Assembly: GCA_020846855.1 (NCBI GenBank)
Contig: JADLDD010000047.1
Location: 10,909 to 74,908 of the forward strand
Direction: 5' to 3'
DNA from: Acidimicrobiia bacterium
GTDB lineage: Bacteria > Actinomycetota > Acidimicrobiia > IMCC26256 > JADLDD01
Length of the DNA stretch: 64,000 bases
In this document: piece by piece, positions 9,521-18,436 of the stretch
Layout: each line of letters begins with the position of its first letter
Position numbering within the stretch: the stretch's first letter is position 1
Notes under the pieces: generated by a model
Databases searched by the model: none
Seen by the model: the letters and a program-made list of their open reading frames with translations, nothing else
What the model was told of the DNA's origin: nothing
Made by a program: the position numbers and the translations under genes

Positions 9521-10705
9521 CTAGAGCGCCTTCACCAGGGCGGCGTCGCCCTGGCCGCCGCCGCCGCACAGGGCCGCGGCTCCCACTCCGCCCCCCCTCC
9601 GGCGCAGCTCCTCGACGATGGTCATCACGACCCGGGTACCCGACATCCCGACGGGGTGGCCGAGCGCGATGGCGCCGCCGTTCACGTTCACGACGTCGTC
9701 GGAGATGCCGAGGTCGCGCATGCTGGCCAGGCCAACGGCCGCGAAGGCCTCGTTGAGCTCGTAGAGGTCGACGTCGGCCTGCGACATCCCCGCCCGGCCG
9801 AGGGCGGCCTTGATCGCCCTCGACGGCTGGGTGAGCAGCGAGGGGTCGGGCCCCGCGACCATCCCGAAGCCCAGCAGCTCGGCCTTGGGGGCCAGGCCCA
9901 GCTCCTCGGCCTTGGCCCGGCTGGTGACGATCACCGCCGCCGCACCGTCGGAGATCTGCGACGCGTTGCCGGCCGTGATCGTGCCCTCCTTCGCGAACGC
10001 GGGGCGCAGCTTGGCCAGCGACTCGGCGGTGGTTCCGGGCCGGACACCTTCGTCGGCGTCGACCATCACCGGGTCGCCCTTGCGCTGCGGCACCGGCACG
10101 GCGACGATCTCGTCGGCGAAGCGGCCCTCCTTGATCGCGGCCGCGGCGCGTTCATGGCTCCTGGCCGCGAGGTCGTCCTGCATCTCACGGGTGATGCCGC
10201 CGAAGTCGCCGGTGTAGCGCTCGGTGCCCGCGCCCATGTGCACGGCGTCGAACGCGCACCAGAGGCCGTCGTTGATCATCGAGTCGACGACCTTGCCGTC
10301 GCCCATGCGCATCCCGGCCCGGGCCTGGGGGAGGAGGTACGGAGCGTTGGTCATCGACTCCATGCCGCCGGCGACCACCACTTCGGCATCGCCGGCCTGC
10401 ACCATCTGGTCGGCGAGGTAGATCGTGTTCATGCCGGACAGGCAGACCTTGTTGACGGTCATCGCCGGCACCGACATGGGGACGCCCGCCTTGGCCGCGG
10501 CCTGCCGGGCCGTGATCTGGCCGGCGCCGGCCTGGAGGACCTGCCCCATGAGGACGTAGTCGACGGCCTCCGGCGAGAGACCGGCGCGCTCCAGAGCCCC
10601 GGCGATCGCCACGCCTCCGAGCTCGGCGGCACTGAGGCCGGCGAAGGCACCGGAGAGCTTTCCGATCGGGGTGCGGGCGTACGAGACGACGACGGAACCG
10701 GGCAT
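9521..10705 (-). CDS. Acetyl-CoA C-acetyltransferase (thiolase II)
   Basis: Lower part of ORF 9521-10756, starting at ATG 10705 with GGAGG 7 nt upstream. MPGSVVVSYARTPIGKLSG..., VNKVCLSGM (active-site Cys), NVNGGAIALGHPVGMSG, and CGGGGQG at the C-terminus. Confidence 0.92.
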   Translation of the reverse strand: MPGSVVVSYARTPIGKLSGAFAGLSAAELGGVAIAGALERAGLSPEAVDYVLMGQVLQAGAGQITARQAAAKAGVPMSVPAMTVNKVCLSGMNTIYLADQMVQAGDAEVVVAGGMESMTNAPYLLPQARAGMRMGDGKVVDSMINDGLWCAFDAVHMGAGTERYTGDFGGITREMQDDLAARSHERAAAAIKEGRFADEIVAVPVPQRKGDPVMVDADEGVRPGTTAESLAKLRPAFAKEGTITAGNASQISDGAAAVIVTSRAKAEELGLAPKAELLGFGMVAGPDPSLLTQPSRAIKAALGRAGMSQADVDLYELNEAFAAVGLASMRDLGISDDVVNVNGGAIALGHPVGMSGTRVVMTIVEELRRRGGGVGAAALCGGGGQGDAALVKAL

Positions 10706-10774
10706 GGGTGGCCTCCGTGGCGCGAACGAGCAGGTCGGGCGATCGTAGCCCGTCATCGGCGGGAGGCGACCAGC

Positions 10775-10780
10775 TAGGTT
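10775..10780 (+). promoter_or_regulatory. -10-like box TAGGTT, 8 nt upstream of the ccr ATG
   Basis: TAGGTT-cggccccc-ATG(10789). No SD is visible. Confidence 0.35.
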
Positions 10781-10788
10781 CGGCCCCC

Positions 10789-12138
10789 ATGAGCAGCGAG
10801 ATCGACGCCATCCGCCAGGCCGTCCTCGACGGCGTCAGGGGCGAGGACCTGGCCGCCCTCCCCGTCCCGGATGCCGCCCGCGGCGCGCTGGTCCGCGCCT
10901 CGGAGCAGGAGATGTTCGACGGCCTGCCGTCGGAGGAGAAGGACCCTCGCAAGTCGGTCCACGTGGAGGAGTTCCCGATCCCCGAGCTCGCTCCCGACGA
11001 GGCGCTCGTCGCGGTGATGGCGAGCTCGATCAACTTCAACACCGTGTGGACGTCGATCTTCGAGCCGTTGCCCACGTTCGCGTTCCTGAAGCGCCTCGGG
11101 CGGGAGAGCGTGTGGGGCGCCCGCCACGACCAGCCCTTCCACGTGATGGGCAGCGACGCCGCGGGGGTGATCCTGCGCACCGGCTCGGCCATCCGCATGT
11201 GGCAACCCGGCGACGAGGTCACGATCCACTGCAACTACGTCGACGACCAGGATCCGTCGGCCCACGACGACTCCATGCTGGCCAGCAACCAGCGCATCTG
11301 GGGCTTCGAGTCGAACTACGGGGGCCTGGCCGAGCTCACGGTGGTCAAGGCCAACCAGCTCATGCCCAAACCCCGCCAGCTCACCTGGGAGGAGGCGGCC
11401 GTCAACGCCCTGACGAACTCCACCAGCTACCGGATGATCGTGAGCCCCAACGGCGCCCAGATGACCCAGGACCAGGTGGTACTGGTCTGGGGGGCCTCGG
11501 GCGGCATCGGGGCCTACGCCTGCCAGTACGTGCTGAACGGCGGCGGGATCCCCGTCGGCGTGGTGTCGAACCCGCAACGGGCCGCGGTCCTCCACGAGAT
11601 GGGCGTGGAGCACGTGATCGACCGCAAGGCCGAGGGCTACCGGTTCTGGGGCGACGACGGCCACCAGGACCAGTCGGAGTGGCGCCGGTTCGGCAAGAAG
11701 ATCCGCGAGCTGGTGGGCCGCGATCCCGACATCGTCTTCGAGCACCCCGGCCGCCAGACGATGGGCGCGTCGGTGTTCGTGTGCAAGCGGGGCGGGATGG
11801 TGATCACCTGCGCGGCCACCAGCGGCTACACGATCGAGTACGACAACCGCTACCTCTGGATGAACCTGAAGACGATCAAGGGCTCCCACTTCGCCAACTA
11901 CCGGGAGGCCTACGCCGCCAACCAGCTCGTGGCCGAGGGGCGCATCCAGCCGACGCTGTCGAAGACGTTCACCCTCGACGAGACCGGCGAGGCGGCGTAC
12001 GAGGTCCACCACAACCGCCACGAGGGCAAGCTGGGTGTGCTCTGCCTGGCGCCCGAGCCGGGCCTCGGCGTGAGCGACCCGCAGCGCCGCGAGGAGCTCC
12101 TGCCGAAGATCACGCTCTTCCGGCGCCACCAGGACTGA
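10789..12138 (+). CDS. ccr: Crotonyl-CoA carboxylase/reductase
   Basis: Part of ORF 10708-12138, from ATG 10789. MSSEIDAIRQAV...EKDPRKSVHVEEFPIPELAPDEALVAVMASSINFNTVW...FHVMGSDAAGVI...IWGFESNYGGLAE...VWGASGGIG...GKLGVLCLAP are Ccr hallmarks. Confidence 0.9.
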   Translation: MSSEIDAIRQAVLDGVRGEDLAALPVPDAARGALVRASEQEMFDGLPSEEKDPRKSVHVEEFPIPELAPDEALVAVMASSINFNTVWTSIFEPLPTFAFLKRLGRESVWGARHDQPFHVMGSDAAGVILRTGSAIRMWQPGDEVTIHCNYVDDQDPSAHDDSMLASNQRIWGFESNYGGLAELTVVKANQLMPKPRQLTWEEAAVNALTNSTSYRMIVSPNGAQMTQDQVVLVWGASGGIGAYACQYVLNGGGIPVGVVSNPQRAAVLHEMGVEHVIDRKAEGYRFWGDDGHQDQSEWRRFGKKIRELVGRDPDIVFEHPGRQTMGASVFVCKRGGMVITCAATSGYTIEYDNRYLWMNLKTIKGSHFANYREAYAANQLVAEGRIQPTLSKTFTLDETGEAAYEVHHNRHEGKLGVLCLAPEPGLGVSDPQRREELLPKITLFRRHQD

Positions 12139-12147
12139 GACGCGGCG

Positions 12148-12468
12148 ATGACCGTAAGGCGGCAGGCGATACGGGTGGGTGCCGTCGTCTGGGCCGTCGT
12201 GGGGGCCCTGGTGGCGATACCGCAGGTCCCGGAGGCGAACAGCGACGCCCGACTCCTGGTCGGGGTGGCGTCGGTGCTGGGGCCGGCGGCCGCCGTCGGC
12301 GCCGCGATCCTGCTCGGCCGGCGCCAGGTCAGGTGGGCCGGTGCGTTGCTGCTGGTCTCGGTCGTGACACCGACGTACTACGCCTGGATGCTGGGTGTCC
12401 CGGCGCTGATCGCGGGGCTGGCGCTGTTGGTGGCTCCCCGGGTGGTGCGGGCGGACGCGCGCGCTTGA
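12148..12468 (+). CDS. Hypothetical small membrane protein (3 predicted helices)
   Basis: ORF 12148-12468. Three hydrophobic stretches. No family recognised and no clear RBS. Confidence 0.4.
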   Translation: MTVRRQAIRVGAVVWAVVGALVAIPQVPEANSDARLLVGVASVLGPAAAVGAAILLGRRQVRWAGALLLVSVVTPTYYAWMLGVPALIAGLALLVAPRVVRADARA

Positions 12469-12504
12469 ATCCGGAGTCTCGACGGCGCGCGGCCCGGGTT
12501 CTCC

Positions 12505-12532
12505 AGGACTCGATCTCTAGGACTCGATCTCT
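12505..12532. repeat. Perfect 14-bp tandem duplication AGGACTCGATCTCT x2 (plus a partial third copy to 12543)
   Basis: Copies at 12505-12518 and 12519-12532 are identical. The TAG stop (12519-12517) of the minus-strand gene is formed at the copy junction. Confidence 0.9.
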
Positions 12533-12840
12533 AGGACCTCGAGGTCGACGGTGTGAGCCCGGAGCTTGTCGATCACCTCGCGCACCAGGGTGGAGCGGAC
12601 GCGCACGAGGTCGTCGAGCGATCCGAACCCGATCGTGATCATGAGGTCGGCCTGGCGGGGGCCGCAGATCCGGTTGCGCACGACGTCGAGCGCCGCGACC
12701 GACGACTCGCCCGCCAGCGCGGTCTCGAACGCCGCCGCGACCCTGTCGACCGAGTCCACCCGGCGCCGTCCCATCCGGTTCTCGCGGACGCAGATCACCA
12801 CGTGCTGGCGGAATAGGGTCGCCGCGCCGTCGCTCGCCAT
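12517..12840 (-). CDS. Hypothetical protein (weak Asp23/Gls24-like C-terminal pattern)
   Basis: Lower part of ORF 12517-12966, from ATG 12840: MASDGAATLFRQHVVICV...ADLMITIGFGSLDDLVRVRSTLVREVIDKLRAHTVDLEVLEIES. The family assignment is tentative. Confidence 0.45.
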   Translation of the reverse strand: MASDGAATLFRQHVVICVRENRMGRRRVDSVDRVAAAFETALAGESSVAALDVVRNRICGPRQADLMITIGFGSLDDLVRVRSTLVREVIDKLRAHTVDLEVLEIES

Positions 12841-12922
12841 GACCCTCGTATCGGCATCCGAGCGGTTCGGTTGAGATCGAGGTTCCGTAGATGCTCGGAG
12901 ACGCGCGATCCCGGTCCCCGTT

Positions 12923-13198
12923 TCAGCCGGTCGTCGCCTGCGTCGCCACGCGCCGGACGGGAACACCCGCCGCGCCCTGTGTTCTGGGCCAGAGCGCTTG
13001 GATGCGGGCGGAGTGGCCGGCCGATCGCGCCAGGCGTTCGTCGCGGGTGACGAGCGGGCAGTCGAGGGCTTCGGCCAGCGCGACGTAGGCCGCGTCGTAC
13101 GCGGAGAGCGCCGAGCGCAACTCGAACGTCGGCCGCCGCAGCGGATCGGACGCCGGCCAGCGGGTCATGCGGAGATCGTCGAGAGGCCCTCTCACCAG
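12923..13198 (-). pseudogene. vapC: PIN-domain VapC toxin remnant (C-terminal half only)
   Basis: ORF 12923-13360, aa 55-123: LDDLRMTRWPASDPLRRPTFELRSALSAYDAAYVALAEALDCPLVTRDERLARSAGHSARI. This matches the C-terminal half of actinobacterial VapC. The N-terminal acidic-residue half and an upstream antitoxin gene are absent. Confidence 0.6.
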
Positions 13199-13395
13199 GA
13201 GGCTCGGCTCGATCGGTCTCGGAGGGCGCGCCGGATCTGCGTCGCCCTGGCGGCAGGGCCGATCGTTGACGTGACCGTCACCGGTAGCCGTCGATCCGGC
13301 GCCCCCGATACCGGAGCGGAGGTGACCCGCGGGTACGGCCGCCACCGGCGCGGAGCGCACGAGGTGCGACCGGCGGCGATCTCCCGGGTGTCCCG

Positions 13396-13401
13396 TACGA
13401 T
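13396..13401 (+). promoter_or_regulatory. -10 box TACGAT, 6 nt upstream of the mce ATG (leaderless-type)
   Basis: TACGAT-ggcggt-ATG(13408). No SD. Confidence 0.45.
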
Positions 13402-13407
13402 GGCGGT

Positions 13408-13812
13408 ATGACCGTGCTCACCGAGATCGACCACGTCGCCATCGCCGTCAACGACCTCGAGGCCGCCATCGCCTACTACCGCGATACGTTCGGCTGCGAG
13501 GTCGACCACCGTGAGGTCGTGGAGTCCGACGGCGTGGAGGAGGCCCTGCTCAAGGTGGCCGACTCCTACGTGCAACTCCTGTCGCCCACCCGCGACGACT
13601 CGCCCGTCGCGAAGTACCTCGAGAAGCGGGGCGAGGGCCTGCACCACGTGGGTTACCGGGTCGACGACTGCGCCGCCGCGCTGGAACGGGTGAAGCAGGG
13701 CGGGCACCGGGTGATCGACGAGGCCCCCCGGCCCGGCAGCCGTGGCACCACGGTGGCGTTCGTGCACCCCAAGGGTGCCCTCGGGACCCTCATCGAGCTC
13801 GTGCAGGAGTAG
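13408..13812 (+). CDS. mce: Methylmalonyl-CoA (ethylmalonyl-CoA) epimerase, VOC/glyoxalase fold
   Basis: ORF 13408-13812. IDHVAIAVNDLEAAIAYYRDTFG...GVEEALLKV...YVQLLSP...SPVAKYLEKRGEGLHHVGYRVDD...GTTVAFVHPKG..GTLIELVQ. Confidence 0.9.
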   Translation: MTVLTEIDHVAIAVNDLEAAIAYYRDTFGCEVDHREVVESDGVEEALLKVADSYVQLLSPTRDDSPVAKYLEKRGEGLHHVGYRVDDCAAALERVKQGGHRVIDEAPRPGSRGTTVAFVHPKGALGTLIELVQE

Positions 13813-13863
13813 CCGGTGCGGGGGCAGCCCGGGCCCGGATAGGCAGGGCCGGGCACCACACCC

Positions 13864-13892
13864 TGGGCAGGAATGCCAATTGTCGGTAGAAT
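13864..13892 (+). promoter_or_regulatory. Promoter TGGGCA-N17-TAGAAT, 6 nt upstream of the ATG at 13899 (leaderless-type)
   Basis: -35 at 13864-13869, -10 at 13887-13892, then ccggac-ATG. Confidence 0.5.
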
Positions 13893-13898
13893 CCGGAC

Positions 13899-14477
13899 AT
13901 GGGCGCGCCTCGTCGGGGTGGGAGCGGCGCTCGCCCGCCGAGACTCGTCGGCGGGAATCCGTGCCGCGTCGGTGCCGTGGGGCTCCTGCTCGCCCTCGTG
14001 GCCTGTTCCGGCGGGGGTCCCGCTCGTTCCGGGTCGCCGGCGTCGTCCACGGTCCCGGCGACCCCCGTCGCCGGCGAGACGGCCCCCGTACCGATGGGGG
14101 AGCGGCTGCCCGACGCGGCGACGTCGACCACCGCCGAGCCCGTCGCGGTGGAGGTCGGAGGCGAGCAGGAGACGGGGGCGCCGACGTCTCTCGGCACCCT
14201 GGCGTCCCCCGCCCGGCCGGGCCTGACGTCGCTGTCGGCCCCCTCCTCGGCCCGGTGCGTCGGGGAGGCCTCGACGACGGTGCACCTGTCGTGGTCCTTC
14301 TCGTCGGCCACCTCGGTTGTGATCTACACCGACGGGCGAGCCTCGATGGGGTCTCTACCGTCGTCCGGCAGCACGGCGATCCGCTTCCCGTGCGACGGCG
14401 ACACGCACACCTACTTCCTGCGCGCCTCGGGGCCCGGCGGCACCGCCACCGCGAGCGCGTCCGTCGACTCGCACTGA
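13899..14477 (+). CDS. Hypothetical secreted lipoprotein
   Basis: ORF 13899-14477. Signal peptide with lipobox LLLALVAC-SGG. Ser/Thr/Pro-rich linker, then a Cys-containing beta-rich C-terminal domain. Confidence 0.6.
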   Translation: MGAPRRGGSGARPPRLVGGNPCRVGAVGLLLALVACSGGGPARSGSPASSTVPATPVAGETAPVPMGERLPDAATSTTAEPVAVEVGGEQETGAPTSLGTLASPARPGLTSLSAPSSARCVGEASTTVHLSWSFSSATSVVIYTDGRASMGSLPSSGSTAIRFPCDGDTHTYFLRASGPGGTATASASVDSH

Positions 14478-14547
14478 GGGTCCGGGGGCGGGCCCGCGGG
14501 GGGCCAGGGGAGCACCGGCGGTCCTGACCTGGGAACGGGCGAGCACC

Positions 14548-14568
14548 CTTGACTGTACCCCTATCAAG
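14548..14568. promoter_or_regulatory. HAIR-like inverted repeat CTTGACT-N7-TATCAAG (candidate HspR operator)
   Basis: Compare the HspR-associated inverted repeat consensus CTTGAGT-N7-ACTCAAG: 1 mismatch in the left arm, 2 in the right. Lies 100 nt upstream of hsp20. Confidence 0.4.
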
Positions 14569-14583
14569 TTTTCTGGTGATAGC

Positions 14584-14609
14584 GGAATAGATCCCCTCGA
14601 CGCCACGTT
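14584..14609 (+). promoter_or_regulatory. ECF sigma (SigH/SigR/SigE-type) promoter GGAAT-N18-GTT upstream of hsp20
   Basis: GGAAT (14584-14588), 18-nt spacer, cGTTg (GTT at 14607-14609). Exact match to the GGAAT-N18-GTT consensus spacing. Confidence 0.5.
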
Positions 14610-14667
14610 GGCAGGGTGCGTGCAGGCCCGTCGATCCTGATCGGGCCCGGTCCCAGAGGAGGACGAG

Positions 14668-15090
14668 ATGCTGCTTCGCTACGACCCGTTCCGCGACCTG
14701 GACCAGGTGACCGAGCGGTTCTTCGGGGAACGGCACGGCCGGATCCCGATGGATGCCGTACGCCGGGCCGACCACGTGGAGCTCTACTTCGACCTGCCCG
14801 GCGTCTCCGGCGACACCCTCGACGTCACCGTCGAGAAGAACGTCCTCACCGTGAGGGCCGAGCGCCGCTGGACGCCGCGTGAGGACGACGACGTGATCGC
14901 CTCGGAGCGCTTCCAGGGCGCGTACTCCCGCCAGGTGCTCCTGGGCGACACGCTCGACACCGACCGGGTGGAGGCCACCTACCGCGACGGCGTGCTGATC
15001 CTCACCATCCCCGTGGCCGAGCAGGCCAAGCCCCGCAAGGTGGAGGTCAAGGGCACGCCCGCGAAGGCGATCGACGTCGAGTCGAGCTGA
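14668..15090 (+). CDS. Hsp20/alpha-crystallin family small heat-shock protein
   Basis: ORF 14668-15090. SD GAGGAGG. DLPGVSGDTLDVTVEKNVLTVRAER...F.R...LGDTLDTDRVEATYRDGVLILTIPV. Confidence 0.92.
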   Translation: MLLRYDPFRDLDQVTERFFGERHGRIPMDAVRRADHVELYFDLPGVSGDTLDVTVEKNVLTVRAERRWTPREDDDVIASERFQGAYSRQVLLGDTLDTDRVEATYRDGVLILTIPVAEQAKPRKVEVKGTPAKAIDVESS

Positions 15091-15158
15091 GATCCGGAGC
15101 GCTCCGGTCGTCTCCCTGCCGGAGCTGCTCCGCCCCGGCCCGGTCCGCCGGGTCCCGC

Positions 15159-15189
15159 GGGTCCCGCCGGTCCCCTCCCGGCGGGACCC
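15159..15189 (+). terminator. 12-bp perfect GC stem-loop (GGGTCCCGCCGG-TCCCCTC-CCGGCGGGACCC); candidate factor-independent terminator or RNA element after hsp20
   Basis: Stem arms 15159-15170 and 15178-15189. Preceded by GGGTCCCGC-type 9-10-nt tandem repeats, and by the 14-nt palindrome CCGGAGCGCTCCGG at 15094-15107. No U-tract. Confidence 0.35.
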
Positions 15190-15276
15190 GCCGCGTCCGG
15201 GGCCCCTCGGGGGCCGACGACGCGGAGCACCCGCCTCGCGCCGGGCCGTCCCGGGGGGACCGTCCGGGGTGGCCTG

Positions 15277-15282
15277 TACGCT
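15277..15282 (+). promoter_or_regulatory. -10 box TACGCT, 6 nt upstream of the pccB ATG (leaderless-type)
   Basis: TACGCT-gcgggg-ATG(15289). Confidence 0.45.
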
Positions 15283-15288
15283 GCGGGG

Positions 15289-16913
<1,625 letters not shown>

Positions 16914-16917
<4 letters not shown>

Positions 16918-17183
16918 CCCCGCCGGGCCCGGGCGGGGGGCCGGACCTCCGGGTCGTGTCCCCCGCGGCGACACCCGAGGAGGTCGCGGCGATCGTCGCC
17001 GCGGTCGGCACGGCGGTGCCGGCGCCCCCGTCCGGCGCCGGGGTCGGCGCGGCGGGGGCCCCCGGCGACAGCGGGCGTCTCGACGCCTGGGTCCGCGCCT
17101 CGCGGCTGAGCGCCCGCCGGGCGGGGCTGCTGCGGGGGCCGTGGCGCCTGTCGGGCCGGATCGGCCGGCGGTCGCGCGCGTAG
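16914..17183 (+). CDS. Acyl-CoA carboxylase epsilon subunit
   Basis: GTG 16914 overlaps the pccB stop (GTGA). Tail of ORF 16296-17183: [31 protein letters not shown]...W. Size, position and the ATPEE..AA motif fit AccE. Confidence 0.65.
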
Positions 17184-17198
17184 GGCGGGCACGACACG

Positions 17199-18365
17199 GT
17201 GACGGGCATGGCACGTCGCGCTCCCGGGCCCGGGGGTGAGGGGGAGATCCGCGACGCCGAGGTGACGACCGTCGGGGTCGACGAGTTGGTGGTCACCTTC
17301 GTGACCGAACCCGGGGTCGAGGTCGCGACCCGGCTCGGCGAGGTGGAGGTGTCCACGGCGGGGCCGCACCACGTCGTCCGGTTCGGTGGTCTGGCGCCGG
17401 GGGTGGAGCTGCCCCTGCGGGTCGGCGACCACGAGCCCGAGGTCCCGTACCTCCCGGCGTCCGTCACGACCCTCGAGCGCCCGCGGGGCCGGCTCCTCGC
17501 GACCCTCGCCACGGTCAACGACGTGCACTTCGGGGAGACCGAGTGCGGCAAGCTCGGCACCGAGCCCGAGGTGGGGCCGGTCCTCACCGCGGAGCCGGGC
17601 GAGGCTCCGTACCCGCGGACCATGAGCCTCGCCGCCGCGGCCGAGATCGACGCGCTCGATCCCCAGGCGGTGGTGGCCAAGGGTGACCTCACGAGCGCCG
17701 GCACCGAGGAGGAGTACGCCGAGTTCCTCGCCGTCTACGGGCGCTTCGGGGCGCGGCTCCACCACGTCCGCGGCAACCACGACGCCATGCTCGATCCGGA
17801 ACTGGCGCTCAACGGCGCGCCGTTCGTCACGACGGTCGGCGGCGTGACGCTCGCCGTCGTCGACACCGTCACGCCCGGCACCGACCGCGGGTGCCTGCCC
17901 CGTCCGCAGCTCCTGTGGCTCGACGACGTCGCCGCCGCGACGAGCGGCCCGGTGCTCGTCTTCGGCCACCACCACCTCTGGAACCTCCACGCGGACCCCG
18001 ACCGGGAGACCCGCAAGGAGCGCTACTTCGGCATCAGCCCCGACGACAGCGAGGAGCTGGCCCGGCTGGTGCGCAGGCACGAGAACGTCGTCGGGTACTT
18101 CGCCGGCCACACCCATCGCAACCGGGTCCGGCGCTACGACGAGGTCCGGAACGTGCCCTTCGTGGAGGTGGCCTGCGTCAAGGACTACCCGGGAGCCTGG
18201 GCCGAGTACCGGGTGTACGAGAGCGGCTTCACGCAGGTGGTGCACCGCATCGCGGTGCCGGAGGCGCTCGACTGGACGGAGCGCACCCGCCACATGTTCG
18301 CCGGCCTCTACCGCGACTACGCACTGGGATCGCTCGAGGAGCGCTGCTTCACCGTCACCTGGTGA
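17199..18365 (+). CDS. Metallophosphoesterase (calcineurin-like) family protein
   Basis: ORF 17199-18365. VNDVHFGE, KGDLTSAG, VRGNHD, VFGHHH and AGHTHRN metal-binding motifs. Confidence 0.85.
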   Translation: MTGMARRAPGPGGEGEIRDAEVTTVGVDELVVTFVTEPGVEVATRLGEVEVSTAGPHHVVRFGGLAPGVELPLRVGDHEPEVPYLPASVTTLERPRGRLLATLATVNDVHFGETECGKLGTEPEVGPVLTAEPGEAPYPRTMSLAAAAEIDALDPQAVVAKGDLTSAGTEEEYAEFLAVYGRFGARLHHVRGNHDAMLDPELALNGAPFVTTVGGVTLAVVDTVTPGTDRGCLPRPQLLWLDDVAAATSGPVLVFGHHHLWNLHADPDRETRKERYFGISPDDSEELARLVRRHENVVGYFAGHTHRNRVRRYDEVRNVPFVEVACVKDYPGAWAEYRVYESGFTQVVHRIAVPEALDWTERTRHMFAGLYRDYALGSLEERCFTVTW

Positions 18366-18436
18366 GACCCCGGGCGCGGAGCCCCGCCACGGGTCGGCGG
18401 GGCCCGGGGAGACGCGGCGTTCGAGGCCGTGGGGGG

